This document shows positions 51,151 through 64,000 of a DNA stretch of 64,000 bases, one piece after another. The stretch lies in NCBI GenBank assembly GCA_002104905.1, contig MCFE01000376.1, positions 1 to 64,000 on the forward strand, written 5' to 3'. The first letter of the stretch is position 1. The number at the start of each line of letters is the position of its first letter. Below the pieces are notes generated by a model. It searched no databases and was not told the DNA's origin. It saw only the letters and a list, made by a program, of their open reading frames with translations. The translations under genes and the position numbers were made by a program. The stretch is from Basidiobolus meristosporus CBS 931.73. Its lineage: Eukaryota > Fungi > Basidiobolomycota.

Positions 51151-52788
51151 TCACACCCTTGTCTTCGAAAACTCCTCTGTAATAGACGATACTTGGTTTG
51201 AAGATGCAGGAATTTCGGTAGCAGTTGTGGTTTGCTCCGTCGCGAGTTCTTCTAAGATATCCTTTGGTTCAGTATCATCATTCGATGAACCGGTCGGAGG
51301 TGAAGCAACAATTTCTGATTTTACTGGCGCTGAGGATACTATGGGCTCCACAGTAGTGTTCAGCGATTTCTCTTCAGTTCCTTCAGGCAGAGTAGGAATG
51401 GCTGGTGCGAGAATGGCTGAAGCTTCAGGTGCACTGAAGGCTGAGATGGTTTTGTCAGATGCACTAGGTGCGACAACGGCCGAAGTTTCAGGAGGGTTGA
51501 TTGGCAACGAGGGTTCTGTAGCAGTAAGCGAGACGGGAGTATCAATGATATCTGTGTTCGAGGAAGTAAGTGTTGCGACAGCTTCTGAGGAAGAGGTTGG
51601 CTTCTTGGTGGCAGGCGTGTTCAGTTCATCTTTTAGCTCGTTTGGTTCACTACCTTCGATCGATACAGTCTCGAAGCCCGTACTATCTATTTTGTTACGT
51701 GGTGGAGGGGGAGGAGGAGTGGAATCTTAAAAGCCGCATCAGCATAGGGTGTTCTATTGACCAAAAACAACGACATGGTAGCGCTTACTTTGGAAAGGCG
51801 AGTCAATGATAGATGCAGATCTCATGTCATCAGGATCCTCCAAGAAGTCAGTGTGATTGTATTGTGCTAATGAATAGGAAAGGGTATCAGCCCACAGATA
51901 TCTATGACGTAGTAGTCATGTCGTAACCATTGTCCAACATACATGATTCATTACGGTTCCACCTAGGAGTTTGATTTTGATTGCCGGTTGGGTTTTGACT
52001 GGTGTTTTGCCTAGAGATGAGATGCTTAGTTTCTGTCAATTCCTACAAATGCTACACTACTTACTCATACTGCGCGTGCGAGGGCATTTGTTGACCATAC
52101 AAGTCCTCGTATTCCGGCATCAAATAACGATTGTACAAGTCCTTGATCTTTTTCACCGTGTCTATTGTTCGCAGTGATAATGTAAGTTTATGATAACTAC
52201 CTCATTACCATTAACCAGAACTTACTATCGGTGAAAACATTGATTTTTTCTTTGATTTCTTGGAGAGTTGGATCCACTAAATAAGAAAAGAAATGGAAAG
52301 GTTAAAAGCTGTCTTGTATGGCCTTATATATCTATAGAGAGAGGATTACTGTCGCTTGAGCTAGATCTGCGGGCAGGTAGCGGTGGGCGATTGGCTTGTT
52401 GAGCTTGTGATGCTTGTCTTTCTTCTTCGGCCATTAATGCTCTGGCTAGCTCCTCGTCTGCCTTCATCTGTTGCTCGGAAGTTGATGTAACAGAAGTTGG
52501 CTATAAGAATGATAAGTTAGCTGTATTCATTACCGGAAAGAATTAGGTGTATAAGCAGCTTACATCCGGAGCTGTAGGTGTTTCAGATGGTGGCAATGAA
52601 TCTTGAGTGAATGGGGGTACTTCATCGGGTATATAGCTGGGGTCAGTAATGGAAAGCATGGCGTTAATGCTGGCTTCCAAATCCCCGGCATGAGATTCGT
52701 ACACAGCCCGGCAGACCTCCTCATCTGCCTCTGGGAAAAGCTCGCAGAGTTGTTTGAGCTGCTCTGGATTTGGTGTATTCGTGGTCAT
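51151..52788 (-). CDS. CUE-domain ubiquitin-binding protein (Cue5-like) with low-complexity C-terminus
   Basis: LCELFPEADEEVCRAVYESHAGDLEASINAMLSI CUE motif; QMKADEELARAL; Ser/Thr/Pro-rich final exon (ORF 51151-51507). Internal exons only partly resolved. Confidence 0.82.
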
Positions 52789-53797
52789 TTTAGGATGCTT
52801 ACTGAAGTTTGTGCCAAGTGTCAATAGGCTTTTATATGGGAGATTTAGATTTGTTCTTGGCAATATCCAAGATTATGTAAATTCTTGGTAACCTATCTAC
52901 ATCTATCAATGCAATCAATGTAGGAATGGTCACATACACGTAGCCAAGTACATGTACGATTCGCGATCAATCAATGCGCACCTCCACCAATCAGGGAATT
53001 CTGCTTAAAGGATGGTTATTCTAAACAACATTCAGCGGTAGACGCCAAGAATAACCAGGTTCAGAGATGGCTAGCGATGGTTGGAATTACAGTACTGAGC
53101 GTCATAGTCCTATTCCAGGAATCGTTTCGGGATTAAATATCCCTTCTTCGATAACTTGATTTCAGCAGCAGCTCAATTGAATCCCCCATTCCTCGGATTC
53201 CCTTTGAAATCATCCGGAACGTGAGAAGACTGCTGGAAGGTGACTAGCATCCTCTAGGGATGTAGAGAGAGTTGAATACAAATGCCCAAGGAACGGATGA
53301 AAATTTTCCACGCCAAATTTCTGTCACTGGGTTGGAATTGCGCCCAAACTCCACCCAAGAAAGCCTTGTTTCCTAAGTGCAAAATATTCGGTTCAGCTGA
53401 TGAATCGCGTGAGTGCTATTGGTATTAGACGAGTTCTTTTTAACCGACAGGTTGATCACAAGGTTCTTGAGGAATTGAACCGAAGGGCCAATCGCCAGAT
53501 GGCAGTAAATAATTGTTTAGTGTTGCCTCTTTGGATCAGAAGGTTTATCCTTGTATAACCGATTACAATGTGTCAAGCAAATCCTGTGTTCCCCCACATT
53601 ATCTGTGTTTTAGCTCATTGGGGAGATCCAGGATTTGCCAGTGATTTGACAGCGGCTTGACGTTCATATGTCAGTCTATATGGGAGTTTCGGAAAAATTA
53701 TTCATCATGGAATGCCAGTCAAGGCGTACTATAAAAGGGCGCTTGGGTTTGCTTGCGGATCTCCATATTCCAACTTGCATTTATTCTTTTACCTTTG

Positions 53798-55437
53798 ATG
53801 AACTCTTCAGCCCGATTACCCTGCGAAATACTAGAAATCATATTTACTTTACTAGCGAATGACCCGAATGAGATTGTGTCTTTGTATCAATGTACCTTGG
53901 TGTGCAAGGAGTGGAGCAACATAGCTAATAGTGTACTGTGGAGGAAGCCTGTGGCCGCCACCAAAGAATCCAAGGAGTTATGTTTCAACATAATCAAACA
54001 AAACCCTTTGCGTAAGTATCTTTGCTGCTCTTTTCATACTCTAGAGTATTGGCTCATAGGTTATTTGTTTATCCAGTCGCATCTTACATTAAGGAGTGGA
54101 CTTACGAAACAAAATCCCTCACTGCTGAATTGCTGCCGCTTCTACCTAACCTTCGCAATATTGGGTATATGATAGCGCGTACCTTGAGACCAGAGAAATT
54201 CTCAAGGCCCTGGCACTTGCGCCGTATCGACCATTTGGATTATTGCGCCACTGATGGCCCAGCTTTATTTCAGAATCTGGTGGAGCTCTGTCCAAATTTG
54301 GAGAGGTTAACCATTCGAATCAACTCATTGAACGGAGTGACTGACTTTACTGATTGGTGCAACATCCGGAAGGTGAATTCCCTCAAACACCTCAAAATCA
54401 TCAATTCAGAGTATGGGGTTGAACAAAGCCAGCCTTTGTTCATCCAGAGCTTCACATCGAGGTTTCCTAACCTCCAAAGTTTAGACATCGAGAGCTTTAC
54501 ATTCAACGGTCACGAGCTTGATGGGCTCTCCACAAATTGCCGTAAGTTAGACTCGCTAAGTCTCGCAACCAACACTTTGGATCAGCACCAGATTGACTGC
54601 CTTGCAAACGAATTGCAAGTAGGCGTGGGTGAGCGTGTGAACAAGCTGCAATTGAGTGTTTCACGATTCTCCAAGGATGATCTTAGCCTGCTGAAAATCT
54701 TCACCTCTCTGAAATCACTATCAGAGCTATCTCTGCACCGCTTTGAGCTGGATGATGAAGCTTTGGAGGCCCTAATCGAATGCACACAAGGAACCCTAGC
54801 AAAATTGAGACTTGGGTTTATCAGCCCAGCCTCAAACCGGTTCTTCTTCTACCTTAGAAGTGCCCAACTTTGGGACAAATTCTTTGCAAGAGCCGCCAAC
54901 TCATTGACCGACATTGCCTTCAATGATAGCTTTGGTAATTTCCGGGATATGATCTCTTGTGGTGTAGCCAAGCACTGTTCCCGGCTGCAAAGGCTTACTA
55001 TTAAGCACCACGACGATAATTTCGTTTGCCCCATTATACGTGGGTGTGGAAGAAGTTTGAAATACTTCGAGTATTCTGAATGCTTCGTTACCGAGAATAT
55101 CCTGTCCACCATCTTTGATTATACTTTCGATCTAGAGAGTCTAATCATCACCGAACATAAGCACAACACACATAGACCCAAAGCAATGCTATTACGCTTC
55201 CATGATTTCATGGTTCGTTCAGCGAAAACATTGCATCACTTGGTACTAACTGGAGTCGAAGTCGAGGATAGTTCCATAGCGGAGATTGCGAAGTACGCAC
55301 ACAGGCTAAACTTTTTGAGCCTAGGCAGAGTCAACTCTACCCGAGACGAAGGCACCATCATCCAACAACTGCGTGCTCAGCGATCGAATCTGCGCTCAGT
55401 TCACATATCCATGGTAAAATCATGGGAGCACAAATGA
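53798..55437 (+). CDS. F-box protein with RNI-like leucine-rich repeats
   Basis: LPCEILEIIFTLL...LYQCTLVCKEWSNIANSVLWRKP F-box; repeated LxxLxL motifs (CPNLERLTI, FPNLQSLDI, CSRLQRLTI); one intron ~54011-54071. Confidence 0.9.
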
Positions 55438-56340
55438 ATTTACCCAGTAGTGGTAAAATACCCGATCCCTACCATCGTTCCCTGTACATTTCCTTAAACC
55501 ATCATGAATTGATGACTGTTATATAAACTACGCATATTCACCAAGCCAATCGGAACACTCATCATATAAATACTGAAACACATTCTATATCTGATGCAGT
55601 CCTATGGTTCAATCTGAGATTTCAGGAAATCGGCATCCGCCCGACACAAAAAGCCCAATTGGCCCACCGTATGAATGGAATTTTCTCAACTCCAGCAACC
55701 ATCACTAAGCAAACTTGATGTCTCATTCACTTCGCCGTGTGAAAGTCGGTTTGTGCGTGAGAAACAATGCACTAAAATTCTCCGGCTGTCATACGGTTTG
55801 AATACACTGATCTTCATGAGAATCCAACGGATTTATTTAGAAGCAGTCCAGAACTTGGTCATTCATGCATATCTGAGAGGTGTAGTTGCCGCATTTACTG
55901 GCTTTCAAATCCATAATTCAGGTCACAGAGACGATACCTGTTCGACTAGTTAAAGCTGACTGATATAGAACGACGATTCCAATCAGCATACATCTAGCTT
56001 ATGTATATATATAAATCATAACTCAGCTTTCCACTGGTATTCGGGTTCGTACTTCCTGAGGTTTAGGGATTCGGATGACGTTAAAAAGGTATTGATGAGT
56101 TGGTGTATTTAATAGAGTCGCTTAACGTTCAATGTCATGATGGTGGGTATTTTCTGGCCTGTGTAAGAAATATCGTAATCATGAACAACTTTGGCTAAGT
56201 GCACTATATGACCACATACGATACATTTCTATATCAAAATGCTGGGTGGATATTAATCGATGTTGATGATAATTTCATATGCTACTCACTAATCCTTCGA
56301 TATTGTAGAAATACTAGAAGTTACCAAAAGGCCCCAAACT

Positions 56341-57566
56341 TTGCACACAACCTTCTGGGACATTTGTCGTTTACAAAATTCACTCAAAAGTATAAACACT
56401 TTGTTTCAACATGATAAATCAACGAACATGAATACTCCAGATCACTTCCTGATTCCCGCTGCCAATTTCAACAGCTCAGAAATATACATTATATATACAA
56501 GCGCTTTAGATATATTCATGAGATATACCGTTATAGATTTCATACTTACATTCCCTAATAGTCTCAGGCCAAGACCAGTTGACTCTCTATGTGTATGGCT
56601 ATTATGTTGTAGCTTTTGTATTCACACTGACACAGTCGCTTGGATTCTATTCTATGAACTTCATTATTTTCCTGACCAAATTCTCTGTCAGGATTTACTT
56701 GAAATATTTTTCACCAAATTATCAGGTACACAGAGCATAGCATTTCTTTTGCCCCTTTGCTCCCATGCTCTTAAAGGCATTCTTAGACCTACTTTACACG
56801 TTTTTTCAGCAAGATCTTGTAAAAGTGTACATATCGTATTTGTTGCTGACTTTGCAAAACTCACTGGGAAGTGCATTGACATGATTAATCAGCAAACGTG
56901 AAAGCCACACTTTCTTCTAAATACTCCAAATCACTTCCAGATTCCCACTGCCAATTTCAACAGATCAGAAACCCCTGTGACATCAAGAGATGAACAGTTG
57001 TAGATTTTATATTACATCTGAATATTCACATCAACTTGATCTATGAGTGTTATTATTCCCTGATCAAATTCTCCGTTGAGATTTAAAATATTTTTCACCA
57101 AAACTAACATGGTACAGGTACCTATTATCATCTTTAGCTATTTCTTACTAATTGTATAGTCATGCACGTTTATTTTCACAAGGCTCTACAAGTGACAATC
57201 ATGCACTCTTCTACATCAGAAGTTTTCTATTTCAATTGGTTTAGCAAGACCCTTGATTCCATGCGATGGACTTCTCGTTTAGTTAATATCCCCGATGACA
57301 ATCCCTACGAACATCTGCATCATTTGGAAGCCCCACACCCTACACTAAAGAATAGCACTGCTAGCCAGAGCTTGTCTATATTGAGCCTTAATGTGATATG
57401 GTGTTGGATTAGGCGAAGTGAAGCTTTATTCCAAACAATACTCCGCACCATCATGTGTTGCCATAAATCACAAGCATTTAGATGCTTGACAAGATCCCAT
57501 CAAAATATTGGAAGAAATAGGTTGACGATATCGCTTCATCACCTTACCTCGAGATCTCCCTTCTAG
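56341..57566 (+). pseudogene. Decayed, internally duplicated segment with LRR-like peptide remnants
   Basis: Diverged direct repeats (56431-56482 vs 56920-56971; ~56661-56730 vs ~57051-57117). Translations such as LPDSRCQFQQLRNI, LHYFPDQILCQDLLEI and LVNIPDDNPYEHLHHL occur in different frames with stops. Confidence 0.35.
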
Positions 57567-57718
57567 TACTTGCCAGAACATAAGGATAGTAACAAATAGC
57601 AGGGCAGAAACGTCCGATATTCATGTTTTATTAATAATGTTTGCTAGAAATGTGATGTTACAATATTGAACTAATGCGGAAGGAGAGCCGCGGCTGAAAT
57701 GACAGCAATTGCTTTTCC

Positions 57719-58234
57719 CTAATTCCATAGAGTGCACACAAAGGCAATTACAATTGACAACCCTGACATACTCAATACATTGGCACTGGATGGTGTAACG
57801 CTAGGAGTGGCAGGTGAATTGGTAACCTTAGTAGTTGAGGTGGGGGTACTTCCGCTATTGCTGGCGCTTGCCGAAGAGGCCAAGCTGTTGGATACGGAGG
57901 CCACGGCCGAAGAGACGGATGCGATTTGGGAAGATAGACCGTTAGTAACCGAGGCGATTTGGGAAGAAAACCGGGAGGTAGCAGAGTCAATTTCCGATGA
58001 AAATCTGGAGGACAAGGAAGCAGCTTCGGTGGGGAGCTGGGAGGTGACCGAGGCGAAATCGCTGCCAAGGAAGGTGGAGGCTCTTGAGATCAACGAGTTA
58101 ATGTCTGCGGACGGGCTTGCGTTTGAGATGGCGCTTTCAATGCTTTTGATGGCATCCGAGGGGATGTTGGTTGGGTTTTGAGCAGCAGCTAAACCAACAC
58201 AGCTAAGAAGAACAGTGGAAGTAGAGAATTTCAT
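57719..58234 (-). CDS. Secreted Ser/Thr-rich, probably GPI-anchored cell-surface protein
   Basis: Signal peptide MKFSTSTVLLSCVGLAAA; Ser/Ala-rich amphipathic repeats (SQIASV); C-terminal SSANVLSMSGLSIVIAFVCTLWN GPI-like signal. Confidence 0.85.
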   Translation of the reverse strand: MKFSTSTVLLSCVGLAAAQNPTNIPSDAIKSIESAISNASPSADINSLISRASTFLGSDFASVTSQLPTEAASLSSRFSSEIDSATSRFSSQIASVTNGLSSQIASVSSAVASVSNSLASSASASNSGSTPTSTTKVTNSPATPSVTPSSANVLSMSGLSIVIAFVCTLWN

Positions 58235-58881
58235 TTTTTTTGCCAGATGATTGACAAACTTCGAGATGTTTGACGCCGTTATATAGTTGCTAGAGAGATA
58301 ATAGACTCAGCCATGCATGATGGGAATTTCCATTTTTATCCAGGGAACACGTCCACTTGGCATTAACTATTCATGGACTAGTAGATGAATACAAAAGATT
58401 GGCATCTGGAGGAGTGACAAAATCTATATTTAGGGAGTCGCTTGCTTGGTGTGTGAGTTTCGATGGATGTACTCACCAGGTTCCTAATACGTACTCTTGG
58501 TGTCGCAATCGTGTTTTCATTGTTAATGTTTGGTGAGCCGGATCTCTATTATGGTCCGCCCTGAACACAGGCCTTGATTGGGTGGATAAGGGCGAGGGGT
58601 TGTATCGATGTCACTTATGAGGTCATATCGATAATTGGTCGGGGCCGGGGGCATCTGAGTAGAAAAGGTGCTGTCTCAGTCGCCATGTGAATTCTGATGG
58701 AACAAACGCCGTAAATACAGGGAGATCCTGATCAATTATGACAAGTAGAGTCACATTTAATTATCAGACTCAGTCACTGATACTCATTTCGTAATGCTTC
58801 AAGAATAATGCGGATAAAATACAATAACATATTGTTGGCATTTGCTTGTTCCTTGAATATACCAAACATACATCCTTGCAA

Positions 58882-60634
58882 ATGCTTAGTCGTCTTCTTA
58901 CTCGCCAACCATTATCGAGACTGCCAACAGCAGTTTGTAAACCCTTGTCCAATAGTCTCGTCAGATGGCACAGCACCTCTGAGAATGTTCCTCCACTTAC
59001 CGGAATAAAGGTGTTAGATTTGACAAGGGTGTTAGGTACAGTTTGCTCTTTAGACACCTTTGCTATGTTCTTTCGTGTAGTATGGATTCTAACCCTCTCC
59101 CCATCTATTACATACTTTAGCTGGTCCGTACTGCACGATGTTGCTCGGAGACCTGGGGTAAGGTTTAGTGTTACGTTTTAGGTGGAGATTACCCCTCCTA
59201 AGCAAATACCAAACACTCAATTTAGTGCTGAGATCATTAAAGTTGAACGCCCAAAAGTGGGAGATGACACTCGCTCATGGGGCCCTCCTTATGCGACAAA
59301 CACTGACGGTACTGTCGGCGAAAGTGCGTATTTCCTGTCAGTAAACCGCAATAAAAAATCCATCACAGTGGACTTCAAGTCGAAGCAAGGCCTTGAGATT
59401 GTCCACCGGTTGGCCAAGGAAGCTGATGTCTTAGTTGAGAACTACGTGCCTGGCACATTGGACAAGCTTGGACTTGGTTATGAGGAGCTCTCGAAGTTGA
59501 ATCCACGCTTGATCTATGCATCGATTACTGGTATCCAGATCATCTTATCATCCACATAAGTGCTTGATTTGACACATTATTCAGGCTACGGCCCAACAGG
59601 CCCTTATGCTAAGAGACCCGGATACGACGTAATTATTGAGGTATCGAATGTAGCCCAACCTGTACTATGAAACGCCACATTTATTCTAAATCATCGCCAG
59701 GCTGAAGCCGGATTAATGCATATTACCGGAGAAACGGATGGCCAACCTGTAAAGGTTGGTGTGGCGATCACAGGTTCGTTGGCTATTCCCTCGCCTGCCG
59801 TTCATTTATACTGACTCCTCTCCCAACTCCCTTGAATAGACTTGACCACAGGTAATCGGACAATACCGTAGAAGTAAACATTGGTGTGTTTCTAACAAGT
59901 TCACAGGTTTGTACGCGCATGGGGCGATAATGGCCTCGCTGTTGAATCGGATGCGTACCAACCGCGGCCAGAAGGTGGATCTCTCTTTATTGGAGTGTCA
60001 GGTGGCCTCATTAGCGAATATCGGCAGTAACTATCTAATAGGGGGAAATGAGGCAACTCGTTGGGGCACTTCGCACCCATCTATTGTTCCATATCAGGTG
60101 TTCCCCACACTGGATGGATACATAATGATCGGTGCGGGGAACGATGGCCAGTTTCGCTCGCTGTGTAGAGCCATTCGGCAAGAGGAGCTCCTAGCCGACT
60201 CCGAATACCAAACCAACTCATTAAGAGTCAAAAACAGAAGCAAGCTTATAGAAACTCTGTCGGATATCTTTCGCAAACAGCCAACACAGACATGGCTTAC
60301 TAACCTGGAGGGCTCAGGAATCCCCTTTGGTCCCATCAATAACATGAAGCAAACGTTCGAACATCCTCAGGTCGTTCATCGTGAGATGATCCAAGAGGTA
60401 AACCATCCGAAGGCTGGAAAAATCAAAGTAGCTGGTAATTTTCTGACCAATTGTTTCGTACTTTAACCACGGCCAGCTAACCGTCCTTTAGGTGTCCCTG
60501 TCAAGTATAGTGAGTCCAAGGCCACCATCCGATCGGCCCCGCCATTGCTTGGCCAGCATACGGAGGAAGTTCTGGAGGGACTGGGCTACTCTAAAGATGA
60601 GATTCGAAAGCTCTACGAAACAAACGCCATATAG
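58882..60634 (+). CDS. Family III CoA-transferase (CaiB/BaiF; SUGCT-like), mitochondrial
   Basis: [14 protein letters not shown]|[13 protein letters not shown]|[21 protein letters not shown]; [12 protein letters not shown]; GYD; [10 protein letters not shown]; ends [12 protein letters not shown]...ETNAI*. Confidence 0.95.
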
Positions 60635-60990
60635 GCCTTATCCATTGAAATAAACAATCTGCACACAAACTCATCAAGGTGGTACAAAATAATGAATCAA
60701 GTAATCTCACCAATCGGCGAAAGATACAGAAATTAGGAGGAGTTCATGACATTTCGGGTCTATTACAGAGTCATGACATCGTATACAGATATCCACCATT
60801 GATGCTATTTCCGGTCTATTAGATATCTACTATTGATACCATTTCCGGTGTAAGGGGCAATTCCACGAGTCTATTACAATTAATTATTACCGCTGTCTCC
60901 CTTCTGTAACTTTCTTTCACAGACACAGACGCTTTGGTGTCCCCTCACCGTTAAATTTCACTCAACCTTTAATTGTTAAATAGCGCCCGT

Positions 60991-61507
60991 ATGTCAGCCG
61001 TCCCCTCCGCAGAAGCAAACGAAACTACCCCCCTAGTTAGGAGAAGTTTGCCATACGTTGGCTGGGAATCGTTGATTCTGGAGAACCGAGGAAGCACAGC
61101 ACGAGATCACCTAGGTAAGTCTTGCTCGTCGAGGATGAAGCCTGAATGCCAAGCTAACCGTTCCTTATTTCGTAGGGAATGAGCGTACCTATCTAGCTTG
61201 GTTTCGTACTTCCTTTACTCTTTTCGGTTTGTGCTGTGCCTCTCTTCAGCATTTCGATCCTGATGGGTTTTCTACTGGGCCAGGCAAAACCCACCAGTAT
61301 CGAGTGGAAATCGGTGTCACCATGGCTGTACTTACATTTGTTTGTATTGTTGTCCCGTTGATAAAGTACCTGAGCACTCAGCACAAGCTGGCCTACGCTC
61401 GGAACCCCATGCGCCCGAGCCGCAGTCTATCGACTATATTCGTTTCTATATCGGTGTTTGCGGTCTTAATGACCTTAATGACCATTGAGTTAGAAGAATT
61501 CGACTGA
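60991..61507 (+). CDS. DUF202 (YidH/Vtc1-like) three-TM membrane protein
   Basis: LENRGSTARDHL|xNERTYLAWFRTS hallmark after one intron (~61114-61176); three TM segments. Confidence 0.9.
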
Positions 61508-61900
61508 TATGCAGCCGATACCTTGTGTATATATAATCTGGAACTTCCATAATCCTGTTAAAACCACCATTAAACCGTTCTGTATATGCCAGTAACCGCT
61601 ATATGCTGGAAAATACTCAGACAACCTGCTACGAATGGTACAGAATGCCTGACAGTCAACCATTATCCTTGAGAGTGGCTGGCCAATGGCTTCGATAGGC
61701 TATTCTGTTTGTATCTGTTACCTATCGTGGGCTTGTGGAAACTCAATTCTACCAAATTAGGAACTAGGCCGGCTTTTTTTGCTATCTGTCATGTGGGGAA
61801 AAGGAAAATTACAGTGCTCGTTATCAGGCTCATCAATATTGTTGAAGCCCTCCATAACGTAGCTGACTCTTCTTTCTCTCTCCCCTACTCACCCACGAAG

Positions 61901-63731
61901 ATGACTCTAGGTCCGAATTCCTGGACGCCTGTTCCTGGGGCCTTTATTCAAAAAATTGGAAAAGGTATATCCACGCTTACTGAACGGAAGGACAAGAGTC
62001 TAACTTTGGTATCACCATAGACGTTCATGCTTATAAGAACGAAATCGGTCCTAAGGCAGTGGTTGTCATGGGTATGCATTAGTGCACATAGAACACTGCA
62101 GCAAAGCCCCCACTAACCCCTCTATTAGTCGGCTTGCCGGCTCGAGGCAAAAGCTACATAGTCAAAAAGCTCAAGCGTTATATATCCTGGTTAGGCTTTA
62201 AAACCAAGGTAGACACGCACCGTTGGCCTACTAGTGTCTGTGGGGTCGGGTCTAAAACATTTCTTGCGCAGGTGTTTAACGTCGGGAACAGAAGGAGAAC
62301 ATGCGCAGCGGAGACTCAAGTGAAGACCGGCTGTGTGCAGAACCATACTTCAGATTTTTTCAACCCCAACAATGAAGACGCAAGGTCTTTGCGGGATCAA
62401 CTTGCCATGGATACCCTGGAAGAAGTGATATCTTGGCTAAACGACGGAGGAAAAGTGGGGATCTTAGGTTCGGGCTATTGAGAATGCCTTCCCTCCTTCC
62501 GTGAGATACTGACGATTTGCTTCGATAGATGCCACGAACTCCACCAAGGAAAGAAGGTAAGCATATCTGCAAAGTGTGTGGCGGCTGTTGGAAACTAATT
62601 GGTCGATCACTTGCCAGACAAAGAATCATGGATCGCTGCTCCCGGGAGAGCGATATCAACATTTTGTTTGTGGAAAGCATATGCACCGATCCGGAAGTGT
62701 TGGCTAGGAACATGCAGCTCAAGCTCTCCGGGCCCGACTATAAAAACCAGCAGTCAGACTCTGCGCTCCGAGACTTCCAAGCGCGTGTAGCCAACTACGA
62801 GCGTGCCTACGAAACCATCGACGACTCGGAGGATGAGGATATCCAATACTGTAAAATTATTAATGTTGGCAAGAAGGTACGACCTGGAGTGGCTGTCCTT
62901 TCGGACCGTTTAATAATTTGGCAGTTCTAGGTCATCGCCCATAATATCCAAACCTTTTTGGCTGGTCAGTGTGTATTTTATCTTATGAATATGAATTTGG
63001 CAGCCAGGCAGATCTGGCTAACCCGTCACGGCGAAAGTCTGGACAATCAAGTTGGCAAGATTGGTGGAGATGCCCCGGTAAAACATACAGCAGCCAAAAT
63101 TATCCGATCCAACCGTCACTTACATTTACTTTTATGTCAGCTCTCTTCCGCTGGTCGTGAATATGCGGAAGCGCTGTCTACATTTATGGCTGAGCAGCAG
63201 CGGGATTTCCGATGCGCAGAAACCGGGAAACCACCCCAGTTGACTGTCTGGACCAGTATGCTGCAGCGCGCCATCGAGACTGCCGAACACTTCAATCCCC
63301 ACGAATTCGACATCAAACATATGAAATTCTTGAACGAAATCTACGCCGGGATTTGCGAAGGCATGACCTACGAAGAAATCCAGCAGACATACCCCGAGGA
63401 GTTCAAGGCCCGCTCGGCGAACAAATTTTACTACAGGTACCCGGGCATGGGCGGCGAAAGCTACTGTGATGTCATTCAGAGGCTCTGTCCAGTGATTGTG
63501 GAACTGGAGCGCACAAGAAACAGCGTCCTTATCGTGACACATCGGGCGCTTATGCGCACTTTGCTGGCCTACTTGATGGACATCCCGCTTAGACAGATGA
63601 CCAAACTGGATATCCCCCTGAATACTGTGTACTGCATAGAGCCCAAGCCTTACGGGAACGTGTTGACCAAGTATCAGTATTCACATGACACAAAGACATT
63701 CCATCAACTTGAAAGTGACGAAACAATGTAA
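61901..63731 (+). CDS. 6-phosphofructo-2-kinase / fructose-2,6-bisphosphatase
   Basis: VVM|VGLPARGKSY P-loop; VFNVGNRRR; DATNST; FVESICTD; KLSGPDY; phosphatase RHGES; LNEIYAGICEG; GGESY. Confidence 0.96.
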
Positions 63732-64000
63732 ATACCCGCGAATCCTCTCATCTTGTCAACGCACGGATAAATCATTTTTGCTGATATGATCCATTTGTGT
63801 GTTGTCCCAAGTGTTGTCCGTGCCAAGTAAAAACATTCGATGATGATCCACCCAGGGTTTCCTAAACAGTATCGGATCATGGTAACATGCGGACGGCCGA
63901 ATTGATCCTATGCTCCGAACCACCATCTAGACACTTCTACCCAAGTTAGTGGATTGAATTGCTAATCATTCGAGTGCTATAACCGGATTATTTATTAAGT

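Noticed and set aside
60790-60850. Short imperfect direct repeat (attgat.c.atttccggt x2) upstream of the DUF202 gene
   Set aside because: Only two short imperfect copies with no spacer regularity; not CRISPR-like and no known motif.

Overview
Gene-dense, intron-rich eukaryotic DNA from a fungus, most likely an early-diverging (non-Dikarya) lineage. This is inferred from short ~50-80 nt GT-AG introns and the gene content. About 30 protein-coding genes could be reconstructed by splicing the ORF fragments by eye: bHLH, copper-fist and homeobox transcription factors, EF-hand type-II NADH dehydrogenase, two cyclins, Avt-type amino-acid transporter, aldo-keto reductase, EXO70, MGRN1/LOG2-type RING ligase, GRX5, an orphan 7TM protein, TBRG1-like FYR protein, three-domain TRL1, ORC3, BRR6/BRL1, plant-type PEX22, LEA_2 protein, rhodanese, Ptp2/3-type phosphatase, DDX41, CUE5-like protein, F-box/LRR, GPI protein, family III CoA-transferase, DUF202 and PFK-2/FBPase-2. 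There is a decayed Ty3/Gypsy relic at the left end and a decayed, internally duplicated LRR-like segment near 56-57 kb. No rRNA, tRNA or CRISPR array was recognised. The most interesting observations are: (i) a CBA1/BtuF-like type-I membrane protein, a candidate fungal vitamin B12 uptake factor; (ii) a strong minor-spliceosome (U12-type) intron candidate in EXO70; (iii) a copper-fist factor built from duplicated symmetric Cys-rich exons; (iv) a Mix17/CHCHD2-like protein lacking its CHCH domain. No multi-gene novel system could be supported. All family assignments come from motif recognition from memory, not database searches, and exon boundaries are hand-predicted.
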